Of a stretch of DNA of 64,000 nt, positions 11,923-25,912 are shown piece by piece. How positions within the stretch are numbered: the stretch's first letter is position 1; each line of letters starts with the position of its first letter. Position numbers and translations under genes: made by a program. The notes under the pieces were generated by a model that was not told the origin of the DNA, made no database searches, and saw only the letters and a program-made list of their open reading frames with translations. This DNA is from Escherichia coli (GTDB taxonomy: Bacteria > Pseudomonadota > Gammaproteobacteria > Enterobacterales > Enterobacteriaceae): the NCBI RefSeq assembly GCF_003991155.1, contig NZ_CP031293.1. One strand, written 5' to 3'.

Positions 11923-13158
11923 ATGGAATTTACCACCGGATTGATGTCGCTCGACACCGCGCTTAATGAGATGCTTTCTCGCGTTACCCCACTGACCGCC
12001 CAGGAAACGCTGCCACTGGTTCAGTGTTTTGGTCGTATTCTGGCGAGCGATGTCGTTTCGCCACTGGATGTCCCGGGGTTTGATAACTCCGCTATGGACG
12101 GCTACGCGGTGCGTTTAGCCGATATTGCCTCCGGGCAACCGCTGCCCGTTGCCGGTAAATCCTTTGCCGGTCAGCCGTACCATGGTGAATGGCCTGCGGG
12201 TACCTGCATTCGTATTATGACCGGTGCGCCGGTGCCAGAAGGCTGCGAAGCGGTGGTGATGCAGGAGCAGACTGAACAAACGGACAATGGCGTGCGTTTT
12301 ACTGCTGAAGTGCGTAGCGGGCAAAATATTCGCCGTCGCGGTGAAGATATCTCTGCAGGTGCGGTTGTTTTCCCGGCGGGGACTCGCCTGACTACCGCTG
12401 AACTGCCAGTGATTGCTTCGCTAGGGATTGCCGAAGTTCCGGTGATTCGTAAAGTGCGTGTAGCGCTTTTTTCTACCGGTGATGAACTCCAGTTGCCCGG
12501 TCAGCCGCTGGGCGACGGCCAAATCTACGATACCAACCGTCTCGCCGTACACCTGATGTTAGAACAGTTGGGATGCGAGGTAATCAACTTAGGGATTATC
12601 CGCGACGATCCCCATGCCCTGCGCGCCGCATTTATTGAAGCCGACAGCCAGGCGGATGTAGTGATCAGTTCCGGCGGTGTTTCAGTGGGTGAAGCGGATT
12701 ACACCAAAACGATTCTTGAAGAGCTGGGGGAGATCGCCTTCTGGAAACTGGCGATTAAACCGGGTAAACCGTTCGCGTTCGGTAAACTTTCTAATAGTTG
12801 GTTCTGCGGCCTGCCGGGCAACCCGGTTTCAGCGACGCTGACCTTCTATCAACTGGTACAGCCTTTGCTGGCAAAACTAAGCGGCAATACCGCCATCGGC
12901 CTGCCCGCGCGCCAGCGTGTGCGCACGGCATCGCCTCTGAAGAAATCGCCAGGACGCCTTGATTTCCAGCGCGGCGTGCTGCAACGCAACGCCGATGGCG
13001 AACTGGAAGTGACGACCACCGGACATCAGGGTTCACATATATTTAGCTCCTTTAGCCTCGGCAACTGCTTTATCGTGCTGGAACGCGATCGCGGCAATGT
13101 GGAAGTGGGCGAATGGGTGGAAGTAGAACCGTTTAACGCGTTGTTCGGAGGCCTGTAA
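11923..13158 (+). CDS. moeA: Molybdopterin molybdenumtransferase MoeA
   Basis: 411-aa ORF; recognised MoeA sequence. Confidence 0.92.
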   Translation: MEFTTGLMSLDTALNEMLSRVTPLTAQETLPLVQCFGRILASDVVSPLDVPGFDNSAMDGYAVRLADIASGQPLPVAGKSFAGQPYHGEWPAGTCIRIMTGAPVPEGCEAVVMQEQTEQTDNGVRFTAEVRSGQNIRRRGEDISAGAVVFPAGTRLTTAELPVIASLGIAEVPVIRKVRVALFSTGDELQLPGQPLGDGQIYDTNRLAVHLMLEQLGCEVINLGIIRDDPHALRAAFIEADSQADVVISSGGVSVGEADYTKTILEELGEIAFWKLAIKPGKPFAFGKLSNSWFCGLPGNPVSATLTFYQLVQPLLAKLSGNTAIGLPARQRVRTASPLKKSPGRLDFQRGVLQRNADGELEVTTTGHQGSHIFSSFSLGNCFIVLERDRGNVEVGEWVEVEPFNALFGGL

Positions 13159-13904
13159 TGGCGGAACTCAGCGATCAGGAGATGCTGCGCTACAACCGGC
13201 AAATCATTCTGCGCGGTTTTGATTTTGACGGTCAGGAGGCGCTAAAAGATTCTCGTGTGCTGATCGTCGGCCTCGGTGGACTCGGCTGTGCAGCTTCGCA
13301 GTATCTGGCAAGCGCCGGTGTCGGCAACCTGACGCTGCTCGACTTCGACACGGTTTCGCTCTCGAATCTGCAACGCCAGACTCTGCACAGCGATGCCACG
13401 GTCGGGCAACCGAAGGTGGAATCCGCCCGTGACGCCCTGACGCGGATCAACCCACATATCGCGATTACGCCAGTCAATGCGCTGCTTGATGACGCTGAAC
13501 TTGCTGCGATGATTGCAAAACACGATCTGGTGCTCGACTGTACGGATAACGTTGCAGTACGTAATCAACTGAACGCAGGCTGTTTTGCCGCGAAGGTGCC
13601 GCTGGTTTCCGGCGCGGCAATTCGTATGGAAGGGCAAATCACGGTCTTCACTTATCAGGACGGCGAACCGTGCTATCGCTGCCTTAGCCGTTTGTTTGGC
13701 GAGAACGCGTTAACCTGCGTAGAAGCAGGCGTGATGGCACCGTTGATCGGCGTAATTGGTTCGTTGCAGGCAATGGAAGCGATCAAACTGCTGGCAGGTT
13801 ATGGCAAACCGGCCAGCGGAAAAATCGTGATGTACGATGCGATGACCTGTCAGTTTCGCGAAATGAAACTGATGCGTAATCCGGGGTGTGAGGTGTGCGG
13901 GTAG
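13158..13904 (+). CDS. moeB: Molybdopterin-synthase adenylyltransferase MoeB
   Basis: 248-aa ORF, ThiF/MoeB fold with GLGGLG motif; start overlaps the moeA stop. Confidence 0.92.
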   Translation: MAELSDQEMLRYNRQIILRGFDFDGQEALKDSRVLIVGLGGLGCAASQYLASAGVGNLTLLDFDTVSLSNLQRQTLHSDATVGQPKVESARDALTRINPHIAITPVNALLDDAELAAMIAKHDLVLDCTDNVAVRNQLNAGCFAAKVPLVSGAAIRMEGQITVFTYQDGEPCYRCLSRLFGENALTCVEAGVMAPLIGVIGSLQAMEAIKLLAGYGKPASGKIVMYDAMTCQFREMKLMRNPGCEVCG

Positions 13905-13982
13905 TAACTGCCACCTCCAGGCCAGATAAGACGCGACACTCCGCCACGTCATCAGCAATTTATGAGGATGCAGAACGTCCGG

Positions 13983-14645
13983 TTAAATCGACGTTCTGCC
14001 AAACGCTCCCTGCCAGTCCTGCTCAAACTTCGCCACAGCGGCATCAACCGCCGGATAGCTAATCATCTGTTGTGCCACATCCAGTGGCAGAGTAATTGAT
14101 TCACATCCTGCCAGTAAGCAGTCCAGCGCCTGACGCGGGGTTTTGAAACTCGCGGCTAACACTTTCGCCTGCGGCGCATGCATTTTCAATAACTGGTGTA
14201 AGTCGGTCACAGTCTGAATACCGCTACCGCCCTGAGCATCAATACGATTAACGTAAGGCGCAACATATTCCGCACCTGCCAGCGCCGACAGTAGCCCTTG
14301 TGCTGCGCCATATACCGCGGTTCCCAGCGTCGGAATCCCTTCCGCTTTTAACATCTTAATCGCTGCCAGCCCCTCGGCGGTCACCGGAACTTTCACCACG
14401 ATATCCGCAATAATAGAACGCAGCTTAAGCGCGTCATTCACCATCCCTTCGGCAGTGGTAGCCATTACCTGGGCAAACAGACGCCCCTGACCGCCCATCG
14501 CCTCGTGAAGTTGCGGAAGCACAACCTCCAGCGGTTTTTTACCCGCGGCGATAATGCTTGGGTTAGTGGTCACACCCGCCAGCGGAAAAATACGTGACAG
14601 CGCCTTCACCGCAACAACGTCTGAAGTATCCAGATACAGTTCCAT
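13983..14645 (-). CDS. fsaA: Fructose-6-phosphate aldolase 1 (start at [10 protein letters not shown], 220 aa)
   Basis: Transaldolase-like sequence; the internal ATG has a gaggatgg SD, so the longer ORF (to 14717) is rejected. Confidence 0.88.
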   Translation of the reverse strand: MELYLDTSDVVAVKALSRIFPLAGVTTNPSIIAAGKKPLEVVLPQLHEAMGGQGRLFAQVMATTAEGMVNDALKLRSIIADIVVKVPVTAEGLAAIKMLKAEGIPTLGTAVYGAAQGLLSALAGAEYVAPYVNRIDAQGGSGIQTVTDLHQLLKMHAPQAKVLAASFKTPRQALDCLLAGCESITLPLDVAQQMISYPAVDAAVAKFEQDWQGAFGRTSI

Positions 14646-14775
14646 AACCATCCTCAAAATGTACTTTTTGTCTGAATGTAGACTATCACGGGAAAACTCT
14701 CTGAACAGTTGACGCACATCAATCTAACTTTCATTCGAAAGTATTTTAATGTTTGAACGAAACAGAGAGGCAACT

Positions 14776-15675
14776 ATGATTTTCAATATTCAGCGCTACT
14801 CGACCCATGATGGCCCCGGTATCCGCACGGTCGTATTTCTTAAAGGCTGTTCGCTGGGCTGCCGCTGGTGTCAGAACCCGGAAAGCCGCGCCCGCACGCA
14901 GGATCTGCTGTATGACCCACGTCTGTGCCTGGAAGGCTGTGAGCTGTGCGCTAAGGCCGCGCCGGACGTGATTGAGCGCGCGTTGAATGGTTTGCTTATT
15001 CATCGGGAAAAGTTAACCCCGGAGCATCTGACGGCGCTAACCGACTGCTGCCCGACACAGGCGTTAACCGTGTGTGGTGAAGTGAAAAGCGTTGAGGAGA
15101 TCATGGCGACCGTTCTGCGCGATAAACCGTTTTACGATCGCAGCGGCGGCGGCTTAACGCTTTCTGGCGGTGAACCGTTTATGCAGCCGGAAATGGCGAT
15201 GGCGCTACTGCAAGCCAGCCACGAGGCTGGCATTCATACTGCGGTAGAAACCTGTCTGCATGTGCCGTGGAAATATATCGCCCCTTCTCTGCCCTATATC
15301 GATCTGTTTCTTGCCGATTTAAAACACGTTGCCGACGCGCCGTTTAAACAGTGGACCGACGGTAACGCCGCCAGAGTGCTGGATAACCTGAAAAAACTCG
15401 CCTCAGCGGGCAAAAAAATCATTATCCGCGTACCGCTGATTCAGGGCTTTAATGCCGACGAAACCTCTGTAAAAGCCATTACCGATTTTGCCGCCGACGA
15501 GCTGCACGTTGGCGAAATTCATTTTCTGCCCTACCACACGCTGGGCATCAACAAATATCACTTACTTAATCTGCCCTATGACGCCCCGGAAAAACCGCTT
15601 GATGCGCCAGAACTGCTCGACTTTGCCCAGCAGTACGCCTGCCAGAAAGGGTTAACCGCGACCTTACGAGGATAA
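14776..15675 (+). CDS. ybiY: Glycyl-radical enzyme activating protein (radical SAM; PflE/YbiY)
   Basis: CxxxCxxC radical SAM cluster motif (CRWCQNPE) plus ferredoxin-like cysteines; start chosen at MIFNIQ because of the gagagg SD; the ORF track start at 14749 is also possible. Confidence 0.88.
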   Translation: MIFNIQRYSTHDGPGIRTVVFLKGCSLGCRWCQNPESRARTQDLLYDPRLCLEGCELCAKAAPDVIERALNGLLIHREKLTPEHLTALTDCCPTQALTVCGEVKSVEEIMATVLRDKPFYDRSGGGLTLSGGEPFMQPEMAMALLQASHEAGIHTAVETCLHVPWKYIAPSLPYIDLFLADLKHVADAPFKQWTDGNAARVLDNLKKLASAGKKIIIRVPLIQGFNADETSVKAITDFAADELHVGEIHFLPYHTLGINKYHLLNLPYDAPEKPLDAPELLDFAQQYACQKGLTATLRG

Positions 15676-15680
15676 CAACC

Positions 15681-18113
15681 ATGACCACACTGAAACTGGA
15701 CACGCTCAGCGACCGCATTAAAGCGCACAAAAATGCGCTGGTGCATATTGTGAAACCACCAGTCTGTACCGAGCGCGCGCAGCACTATACCGAGATGTAT
15801 CAACAACATCTCGATAAGCCGATCCCGGTACGTCGCGCGCTGGCACTGGCGCATCACCTGGCGAATCGCACCATCTGGATCAAGCACGATGAGTTGATCA
15901 TCGGCAACCAGGCAAGCGAGGTTCGCGCCGCGCCGATCTTCCCGGAATATACCGTCTCGTGGATCGAAAAAGAGATTGATGATCTGGCAGATCGTCCGGG
16001 TGCTGGTTTTGCGGTGAGCGAGGAGAACAAACGTGTTCTGCATGAAGTGTGCCCGTGGTGGCGCGGTCAGACGGTACAGGATCGCTGCTACGGCATGTTT
16101 ACCGATGAGCAAAAAGGTCTGCTGGCGACCGGCATCATTAAAGCGGAGGGCAATATGACCTCCGGCGATGCGCACCTGGCGGTGAATTTCCCGCTACTGC
16201 TGGAAAAAGGGCTTGATGGTCTGCGTGAGAAAGTGGCGGAACGTCGCTCGCGCATCAATCTGACGGTACTGGAAGATCTGCACGGCGAGCAATTCCTGAA
16301 AGCGATTGATATCGTGCTGGTGGCAGTCAGTGAACACATTGAACGTTTCGCTGCCCTGGCGCGTGAAATGGCCACGACCGAAACCCGCGAAAGCCGTCGC
16401 GATGAACTGCTGGCGATGGCAGAAAACTGCGATCTTATCGCCCACCAACCGCCGCAGACTTTCTGGCAGGCGCTGCAACTGTGTTACTTCATCCAGTTGA
16501 TATTGCAGATCGAATCTAACGGTCACTCAGTATCTTTTGGTCGTATGGACCAGTATCTCTATCCATACTATCGCCGTGACGTTGAACTGAACCAGACACT
16601 GGATCGCGAACACGCCATCGAGATGCTGCATAGCTGCTGGTTGAAATTGCTGGAAGTGAACAAAATCCGCTCCGGCTCACACTCAAAAGCCTCTGCGGGA
16701 AGTCCGCTGTATCAGAACGTCACCATTGGCGGGCAAAATCTGGTTGATGGTCAACCGATGGACGCGGTAAATCCACTCTCTTATGCGATCCTCGAATCTT
16801 GCGGTCGCCTGCGTTCGACTCAGCCTAACCTCAGCGTGCGTTACCATGCGGGTATGAGTAACGATTTCCTCGACGCCTGTGTTCAGGTGATCCGCTGCGG
16901 CTTCGGGATGCCGGCGTTCAACAACGACGAAATCGTCATCCCGGAATTTATTAAACTCGGTATTGAACCGCAGGACGCTTACGACTATGCAGCGATTGGT
17001 TGTATCGAAACCGCCGTCGGTGGCAAATGGGGCTATCGCTGTACCGGCATGAGCTTTATCAACTTCGCCCGCGTGATGCTGGCGGCGCTGGAAGGCGGTC
17101 GTGATGCCACCAGCGGCAAAGTGTTCCTGCCACAAGAAAAAGCGTTGTCAGCGGGTAACTTCAACAACTTCGATGAAGTAATGGACGCATGGGATACGCA
17201 AATCCGTTACTACACGCGTAAATCAATCGAAATCGAATATGTCGTCGACACCATGCTGGAAGAGAACGTACACGATATTCTCTGCTCGGCGCTGGTGGAT
17301 GACTGTATTGAGCGAGCGAAAAGTATCAAGCAAGGCGGCGCGAAATATGACTGGGTTTCTGGCCTGCAGGTCGGCATTGCTAACCTCGGCAACAGCCTGG
17401 CGGCAGTGAAGAAACTGGTATTTGAACAGGGCGCGATTGGTCAGCAACAGCTGGCTGCCGCACTGGCGGATGACTTCGACGGCCTGACTCACGAGCAGCT
17501 GCGTCAGCGGCTGATTAACGGTGCGCCTAAGTACGGCAACGACGATGATACTGTCGATACGCTGCTGGCTCGCGCTTATCAGACCTATATCGACGAACTA
17601 AAACAGTACCATAACCCGCGCTATGGTCGTGGTCCGGTTGGCGGCAATTATTACGCGGGTACGTCATCTATCTCCGCTAACGTACCCTTTGGCGCGCAGA
17701 CGATGGCAACGCCGGACGGACGTAAAGCGCATACCCCGCTGGCAGAAGGCGCTAGTCCGGCCTCCGGTACTGACCATCTCGGCCCAACGGCGGTCATTGG
17801 CTCAGTGGGTAAACTGCCTACGGCCGCGATTCTCGGCGGCGTGCTGCTCAACCAGAAACTGAATCCAGCAACGCTGGAGAACGAATCTGACAAGCAGAAA
17901 CTGATGATCCTGCTGCGCACCTTCTTTGAAGTGCATAAAGGCTGGCATATTCAGTACAACATCGTTTCCCGCGAGACGCTGCTGGAGGCGAAAAAACATC
18001 CCGATCAGTATCGCGATCTGGTAGTGCGCGTCGCGGGCTATTCCGCCTTCTTCACCGCGCTCTCTCCAGACGCTCAGGACGATATCATCGCCCGTACTGA
18101 ACATATGCTGTAA
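15681..18113 (+). CDS. ybiW: Glycyl radical enzyme, PFL-like (PflF/YbiW), 810 aa
   Basis: Length and the C-terminal glycyl radical region (RVAGYSAFF); paired with the activase directly upstream. Confidence 0.9.
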   Translation: MTTLKLDTLSDRIKAHKNALVHIVKPPVCTERAQHYTEMYQQHLDKPIPVRRALALAHHLANRTIWIKHDELIIGNQASEVRAAPIFPEYTVSWIEKEIDDLADRPGAGFAVSEENKRVLHEVCPWWRGQTVQDRCYGMFTDEQKGLLATGIIKAEGNMTSGDAHLAVNFPLLLEKGLDGLREKVAERRSRINLTVLEDLHGEQFLKAIDIVLVAVSEHIERFAALAREMATTETRESRRDELLAMAENCDLIAHQPPQTFWQALQLCYFIQLILQIESNGHSVSFGRMDQYLYPYYRRDVELNQTLDREHAIEMLHSCWLKLLEVNKIRSGSHSKASAGSPLYQNVTIGGQNLVDGQPMDAVNPLSYAILESCGRLRSTQPNLSVRYHAGMSNDFLDACVQVIRCGFGMPAFNNDEIVIPEFIKLGIEPQDAYDYAAIGCIETAVGGKWGYRCTGMSFINFARVMLAALEGGRDATSGKVFLPQEKALSAGNFNNFDEVMDAWDTQIRYYTRKSIEIEYVVDTMLEENVHDILCSALVDDCIERAKSIKQGGAKYDWVSGLQVGIANLGNSLAAVKKLVFEQGAIGQQQLAAALADDFDGLTHEQLRQRLINGAPKYGNDDDTVDTLLARAYQTYIDELKQYHNPRYGRGPVGGNYYAGTSSISANVPFGAQTMATPDGRKAHTPLAEGASPASGTDHLGPTAVIGSVGKLPTAAILGGVLLNQKLNPATLENESDKQKLMILLRTFFEVHKGWHIQYNIVSRETLLEAKKHPDQYRDLVVRVAGYSAFFTALSPDAQDDIIARTEHML

Positions 18114-18258
18114 TCTTCTCAGCCCGGCGGCGGCGTCGCCGGGCTAAATCATTCACATCATCAATTTCAGCCTCGCTTTCATTCGAAATATAATTTGTGC
18201 TCTGCGTCACATTGTTATTACACTGTTACGGTTTCATTTTCGAGCCAGGAGCACACCT

Positions 18259-19074
18259 ATGAGCGTAAAAGTTATCGTCACAGACATGGACGGTACTTTT
18301 CTTAACGACGCCAAAACGTACAACCAACCACGTTTTATGGCGCAATATCAGGAACTGAAAAAGCGCGGCATTGAGTTCGTTGTCGCTAGCGGTAATCAGT
18401 ATTACCAGCTTATTTCGTTCTTTCCTGAGCTAAAGGATGAGATCTCTTTTGTCGCGGAAAACGGCGCACTGGTTTACGAACATGGCAAGCAGTTGTTCCA
18501 CGGCGAACTGACCCGACATGAATCGCGGATTGTGATTGGCGAGTTGCTAAAAGATAAGCAACTCAATTTTGTCGCCTGCGGTCTGCAAAGTGCATATGTC
18601 AGCGAAAACGCCCCCGAAGCATTCGTCGCACTGATGGCAAAACACTACCATCGCCTGAAACCTGTAAAAGATTATCAGGAGATTGACGACGTACTGTTCA
18701 AGTTTTCGCTCAACCTGCCGGATGAACAAATCCCGTTAGTGATCGACAAACTGCACATAGCGCTCGATGGCATTATGAAACCCGTCACCAGTGGTTTTGG
18801 CTTTATCGACCTGATTATTCCCGGTCTACATAAAGCAAACGGTATTTCGCGGTTACTGAAACGCTGGGATCTGTCACCGCAAAATGTGGTAGCGATTGGC
18901 GACAGCGGTAACGATGCGGAGATGCTGAAAATGGCGCGTTATTCCTTTGCGATGGGCAATGCTGCGGAAAACATTAAACAAATCGCCCGTTACGCTACCG
19001 ATGATAATAATCATGAAGGCGCGCTGAATGTGATTCAGGCGGTGCTGGATAATATCGCTCCTTTCAATAGTTGA
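18259..19074 (+). CDS. ybiV: HAD-superfamily sugar phosphatase (Cof-type) YbiV
   Basis: N-terminal DMDGT(F)L motif and C-terminal GDSGND motif; 271 aa. Confidence 0.9.
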   Translation: MSVKVIVTDMDGTFLNDAKTYNQPRFMAQYQELKKRGIEFVVASGNQYYQLISFFPELKDEISFVAENGALVYEHGKQLFHGELTRHESRIVIGELLKDKQLNFVACGLQSAYVSENAPEAFVALMAKHYHRLKPVKDYQEIDDVLFKFSLNLPDEQIPLVIDKLHIALDGIMKPVTSGFGFIDLIIPGLHKANGISRLLKRWDLSPQNVVAIGDSGNDAEMLKMARYSFAMGNAAENIKQIARYATDDNNHEGALNVIQAVLDNIAPFNS

Positions 19075-19084
19075 TCTTCCCCCT

Positions 19085-19117
19085 GGCCGAAGTGACCACT
19101 TCGGCCTCTCTCCTTTT
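19085..19117 (+). terminator. Rho-independent terminator candidate downstream of ybiV
   Basis: Hairpin ggccgaagtg-acc-acttcggcc followed by a T-rich run (ctctctccttttt). Confidence 0.55.
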
Positions 19118-19225
19118 TGCTCGCTTTGTGCACTGACTCAAGATTTTTATCTTGCGTTAACTTATTTTTAACTTAATGTATCAATCGTAATCATTTTACT
19201 TTCGAATGAAAGAAGCGAGGTTGAT

Positions 19226-20485
19226 ATGACTTTTTCCTGTGAGACGCTGCCCACAGATGCGAAAGCGGCTATCCGAGAGATGAAAGCTGCGCTGCGAGGA
19301 CAGCTCGGTGATGTGCAACAGGTTTTCGATACACTCTCTGCAAAAATCGAAACGCGTGTTGCTGAAATCGATGCCCTAAAAGCGCAAGGGCTGCCGGTTT
19401 GGCCGGAAGTTTCTTATAGTGATATTGCCGCAGGTACAGTAAGCGATGCCACTCGCAATGAAATTAAACGTCGCGGCTGTGCAGTCATAAAAGGCCATTT
19501 CCCTCGCGAGCAGGCGATGGCGTGGGATCGTGCCATGCTCGATTATCTTGATATCAATCATTTTGATGATGTTTATAAAGGCCCTGGCGACAGTTTTTTC
19601 GGCTCGCTGGAGGCTTCTCGTCCCGAAATCTATCCCATTTACTGGTCGCAAGCACAGATGCAGGCGCGGCAGAGCGAAAACATGGCTGCTGTGCAATCTT
19701 TTCTAAACCGACTGTGGACGTCTGAAAGCAACGGCAAACAGTGGTTTAATCCTGATATCAGTGTGATTTATCCAGACAGGATCCGCCGCCGCCCTCCAGG
19801 TACTACATCTAAAGGCCTGGGCGCGCATACCGATTCTGGTGCGCTGGAACGGTGGTTATTACCCGCTTATCAGCGCGTTTTTGCCAATGTGTTTAATGGT
19901 AATTTCGATGATTACGATCCCTGGGATGCAGCACACCGGACCGATGTCGAAGAGTACACGGTAGATAACACTACAAAATGTTCGGTGTTCCGCACGTTTC
20001 AAGGCTGGACGGCGCTCTCTGATATGTTATCGGGTCAGGGATTGTTACATGTGGTGCCTATCCCGGAAGCGATGGCGTATGTTTTATTGCGCCCGCTGCT
20101 GGATGACGTACCGGACGATGAACTGTGCGGGGTTGCACCTGGCAAAGTTCTGCCCATTTCAGAGAAATGGCATCCACTACTGCTTAAAGCGCTGACTTCC
20201 ATTCCCGCGATAACAGCAGGGGATTCCGTCTGGTGGCACTGCGATGTGATTCACTCCGTCGCGCCAGTAGACAATCAACAGGGTTGGGGCAACGTGATGT
20301 ATATCCCTGCTGCGCCAATGTGCGAGAAAAATCGGGCTTATGCACACAAAGTCAAAATGGCGCTGGAAAAAGGCGCATCACCTGGCGACTTCCCGCGGGA
20401 AGATTATGAAGCAAACTGGGAAGGCCGCTTTACGCTGGAGGATCTGAACATTCACGGTAAGCGCGCACTGGGCATGGATGTTTGA
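19226..20485 (+). CDS. ybiU: DUF1479-family protein YbiU
   Basis: 419-aa ORF; recognised sequence and synteny. Confidence 0.88.
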   Translation: MTFSCETLPTDAKAAIREMKAALRGQLGDVQQVFDTLSAKIETRVAEIDALKAQGLPVWPEVSYSDIAAGTVSDATRNEIKRRGCAVIKGHFPREQAMAWDRAMLDYLDINHFDDVYKGPGDSFFGSLEASRPEIYPIYWSQAQMQARQSENMAAVQSFLNRLWTSESNGKQWFNPDISVIYPDRIRRRPPGTTSKGLGAHTDSGALERWLLPAYQRVFANVFNGNFDDYDPWDAAHRTDVEEYTVDNTTKCSVFRTFQGWTALSDMLSGQGLLHVVPIPEAMAYVLLRPLLDDVPDDELCGVAPGKVLPISEKWHPLLLKALTSIPAITAGDSVWWHCDVIHSVAPVDNQQGWGNVMYIPAAPMCEKNRAYAHKVKMALEKGASPGDFPREDYEANWEGRFTLEDLNIHGKRALGMDV

Positions 20486-20567
20486 GAGTTAATGGAAGTG
20501 AATTGATGTGGGATTAAGAAAATCGATTCGACGTTACTCAGATTGCTGACAAATGCGCTTTGTTAAT

Positions 20568-20601
20568 GCCTGATGCGGCGTTAACGCCTTATCCGGCCTA
20601 C
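20568..20601. repeat. REP (repetitive extragenic palindromic) element
   Basis: gcctgatgcggcgttaacgccttatccggcctac matches the E. coli REP consensus. Confidence 0.8.
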
Positions 20602-20636
20602 AAAGTCCTGCAGATTCAATATATTGCAGGTACTGC

Positions 20637-20695
<59 letters not shown>

Positions 20696-20724
20696 GCCAG
20701 ACACAGCGCCGTCAGGCGCTGTTG

Positions 20725-21945
<1,221 letters not shown>

Positions 21946-22004
21946 ATCTTGCGTTTGTCATCAGCCGCCGTCACCCCGACAGTATCGGGCTGACGGATAA
22001 TAAC

Positions 22005-23597
22005 TTACTCGATCCCTTTACTACGCAGGTAATCTTCGTAATTACCGCTAAAGTCGATCACGCGTTCCGGGGTGATTTCCAGAATTCGGGTCGCCAGGGA
22101 GCTTACGAACTCACGGTCGTGTGAAACAAAGATCAGCGTGCCCTGATACAGTTCCAGCGCCATGTTCAGCGACTCAATGGATTCCATATCCAGGTGGTTG
22201 GTCGGTTCGTCCATGATCAGAATGTTCGGCTTCTGCATCATTAACTTACCAAACAGCATCCGCCCTTTTTCCCCACCGGAAAGCACTTTAGCTGGCTTTT
22301 TGATGTCGTCCTGGCTGAACAGCAAACGACCGAGAATGCTGCGTACCGCCTGCTCGTCATCGCCTTCCTGCTTCCACTGGCTCATCCATTCGAACACGGT
22401 CAGATCATTTTCAAACTCATATTCGTGGTCCTGAGCATAGTAACCAATGCGCGCGTTTTCAGACCATTTTACGGTGCCGCTGTCCGGTTGCAGATCGCCC
22501 ACCAGCGTTTTCAACAGCGTTGATTTACCGACGCCGTTGGTACCCAGTACCGCCAGTTTTTCACCGACCTCCAGCAGCAGGTTGAGATTTTTAAACAGCG
22601 GACCGTTATCAAACCCTTTGGTCAGACCTTCCACTTCCAGCGCATTACGGAACAGTTTCTTATCCTGTTCAAAACGGATGAACGGGTTCTGACGGCTGGA
22701 GGCTTTCACCTCTTCCAGTTTGATTTTATCAATCTGGCGCGCGCGCGAAGTTGCCTGGCGAGATTTCGAGGCGTTGGCGCTAAAGCGGCTAACGAAAGAT
22801 TGCAGCTCAGCAATCTGCGCCTTCTTCTTGGCGTTATCAGCCAGCAGACGTTCACGCGCCTGGGTCGCCGCCGTCATGTACTCATCGTAGTTGCCCGGAT
22901 AAACGCGCAGCTCGCCGTAATCCAGATCCGCCATGTGGGTACAAACCATGTTAAGGAAGTGACGGTCGTGCGAGATGATGATCATGGTGCTGTCACGCTC
23001 GTTCAGCACCTGTTCCAGCCAACGAATGGTGTCGATGTCGAGGTTGTTGGTCGGTTCGTCGAGCAGGAGAATGTCCGGATCAGCAAACAGCGCCTGCGCC
23101 AGCAGCACACGCAGCTTCCAGCCAGGAGCAACTTCACTCATCGGGCCGTAGTGTTGTTCCACTGGAATTCCCACGCCAAGCAACAGTTCACCGGCGCGAG
23201 CTTCCGCAGAGTAACCGTCCATTTCGCCGTATTTCACTTCCAGATCGGCCACTTTATAACCGTCTTCTTCGCTCATTTCCGGCAAAGCATAGATACGGTC
23301 GCGCTCCTGCTTCACTTCCCACAACTCTTTATGCCCCATGATCACCGTATCCAGCACGGTGAACTCTTCAAAGGCAAACTGATCCTGACGCAATTTACCA
23401 ATGCGCTCGTTGGGATCGAGGGAAACGTTACCCAGCGTCGGCTCTAAGTCGCCGCCGAGGATCTTCATAAAGGTGGATTTACCACTACCGTTCGCGCCAA
23501 TCAGGCCGTAACGGTTGCCGCCGCCAAACTTGACGGAAATGTTTTCAAACAACGGCTTACTGCCGAACTGCATGGTGACGTTACTGGAAACTAACAC
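22005..23597 (-). CDS. ybiT: ABC-F family ATPase YbiT (two ABC domains, no TM domain)
   Basis: 530-aa ORF with two Walker A motifs ([16 protein letters not shown]). Confidence 0.9.
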
Positions 23598-23815
23598 AGG
23601 CGTATCCTGAAAAGAGATATGACAAACCGCGTATTATGCCATAAGTCTGAAAGAAGATCCTGCTCCTCGCTTAAGGTCTACACTCAAGCCAAAGGCAAAA
23701 AATGTGATTTCGTACACATCTGATTTCACTGTGAGCTGGAATGAACTTATAATGCGCTTCCAATACTCTAATATTCTCAACCCAATGGCCTGCCAGGCAC
23801 AAAATCTCGCTTAAC

Positions 23816-24736
23816 ATGAATATGAAATTGAAAACATTATTCGCAGCGGCCTTCGCTGTTGTCGGCTTTTGCAGTACCGCCTCTGCGGTAACTTATCCTC
23901 TGCCAACCGACGGGAGTCGCCTGGTTGGTCAGAATCAGGTGATCACCATTCCTGAAGGTAACACTCAGCCGCTGGAGTATTTTGCCGCGGAGTACCAGAT
24001 GGGGCTTTCCAATATGATGGAAGCGAACCCGGGTGTGGATACCTTCCTGCCGAAAGGCGGTACTGTACTGAACATTCCGCAGCAGCTGATCCTGCCGGAT
24101 ACCGTTCATGAAGGCATCGTCATTAACAGTGCAGAGATGCGTCTGTATTACTATCCGAAAGGGACCAACACCGTTATCGTGCTGCCGATCGGCATTGGTC
24201 AGTTAGGCAAAGATACGCCTATCAACTGGACCACCAAAGTTGAGCGTAAGAAAGCAGGCCCGACCTGGACGCCGACCGCCAAAATGCACGCAGAGTACCG
24301 CGCTGCGGGCGAACCGCTTCCGGCTGTCGTTCCGGCAGGTCCGGATAACCCGATGGGGCTGTATGCACTCTACATCGGTCGCCTGTACGCTATCCATGGC
24401 ACCAACGCCAACTTCGGTATCGGCCTGCGTGTAAGTCATGGTTGTGTGCGTCTGCGTAACGAAGACATCAAATTCCTGTTCGAGAAAGTGCCTGTCGGTA
24501 CTCGCGTGCAGTTTATTGATGAGCCGGTGAAAGCGACTACCGAACCAGACGGCAGCCGTTACATTGAAGTCCATAACCCGCTGTCTACCACCGAAGCCCA
24601 GTTTGAAGGTCAGGAAATTGTGCCAATTACCCTGACGAAGAGCGTGCAGACAGTGACCGGTCAGCCAGATGTTGACCAGGTTGTTCTTGATGAAGCGATT
24701 AAAAACCGCTCCGGGATGCCGGTTCGTCTGAATTAA
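23816..24736 (+). CDS. ldtB: L,D-transpeptidase LdtB (YbiS)
   Basis: 306-aa ORF with signal peptide, LysM-like region and the YkuD catalytic motif (SHGCVRL). Confidence 0.9.
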
Positions 24737-24756
24737 TCGTCAAAACGTAAAACAAA

Positions 24757-24782
24757 GGCGGACTCATCATCCGCCTTTTTTA
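24757..24782. terminator. Bidirectional rho-independent terminator between convergent ldtB and ybiR
   Basis: Hairpin ggcgga-ctcatca-tccgcc flanked by an A-run upstream and a T-run downstream. Confidence 0.65.
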
Positions 24783-24793
24783 TTTGCCTGACC

Positions 24794-25912
24794 TTACCAG
24801 GCCGGGATCATAACTAACAAAACGTATCCCACCAGCGCCGCCCACAACAGCATCGGTATTGAATAGAGATGGAAACGCCACCAGATGCGGCGATCGTTCG
24901 CCATCCGTAACGCAATCAAATTTGCCAGCGATCCGGGTAATAAACCAAAGCCACCTACGTTTACCGCCCATGCCAATAATAAAGACGGTGGCACATAATT
25001 GAGCAGCAAAATGGTACTCGGCACGTTACTGATCACCTGCGATAAACCGATTGCCGTTAACCATAACCCGGGTTCAGATAAATGACTCACGTTACCCAAC
25101 ACGCCTTGCAACGCTGGAAGCTGGGTCAGTAAATGGACGTCGATAAACATCGCCATAAACACCAGCAGCAGCGTCCAGTCCACACTGAGCACCACGCGAC
25201 GTGCCAGCAGCGCAAAGCCTGCCGCCACAATCACCAGTCCCCACAGCTCTTGTTTGAACTCCAGCGCCGTCAGAAAGACGATATACAGCCCCAGACAACT
25301 CCACACCAGCCGCGGTTTCCACTCCGGCGTTTGCGCCCCCGTATGGTACGGCAGCGCCTTTCCAGGGAAACAACACCAGCACAACAGCAGGAGTGTCAGC
25401 ATCATTGCGCCAGCCAGCGGTGCCATTTGGGCAATAAATCCGGCAAACGAAAGACCAGAACGTCCCCAGATAAGAATATTTTGCGGGTTGCCAATTGGCG
25501 TCAGTAGCGAACCCGCATTGACTGCCAGCGCCTCAAAAATAATCAGCCGATTAACCGGGATCTCACACAGTCTTTTTAGCGTGATAGTCAGCGGAACAAC
25601 TATAAACAGCGCGACATCGTTGGTCAGAAAGGTAGAAAGCAGCGCCGCCGCCAGCACCATAAACATCGCCAGCCGACGCTCCGTAGCAAAGCGGCGCACC
25701 ATTTTGCGCCCCAGCACATCAAAATAGCCGCTTAACTCCACACCTTTGGTCAGCAGCATCAGGCCGCTTAAGGTGATGATGGTGTGCCAGTCGATAGCAG
25801 CAGGCCATGATTTCGGTGCAAAGGGCACGAAAAAGCTTAATCCGATACCAACAAGAATTAATAACTGAAAAAAACGATCGCCTTGCAGCGTGCGTAAAAA
25901 AGGCAGGCTCAT
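24794..25912 (-). CDS. ybiR: Inner-membrane transporter YbiR (ArsB/NhaD-type permease family)
   Basis: 372-aa polytopic membrane ORF; start overlaps the mntR stop (operon). Confidence 0.88.
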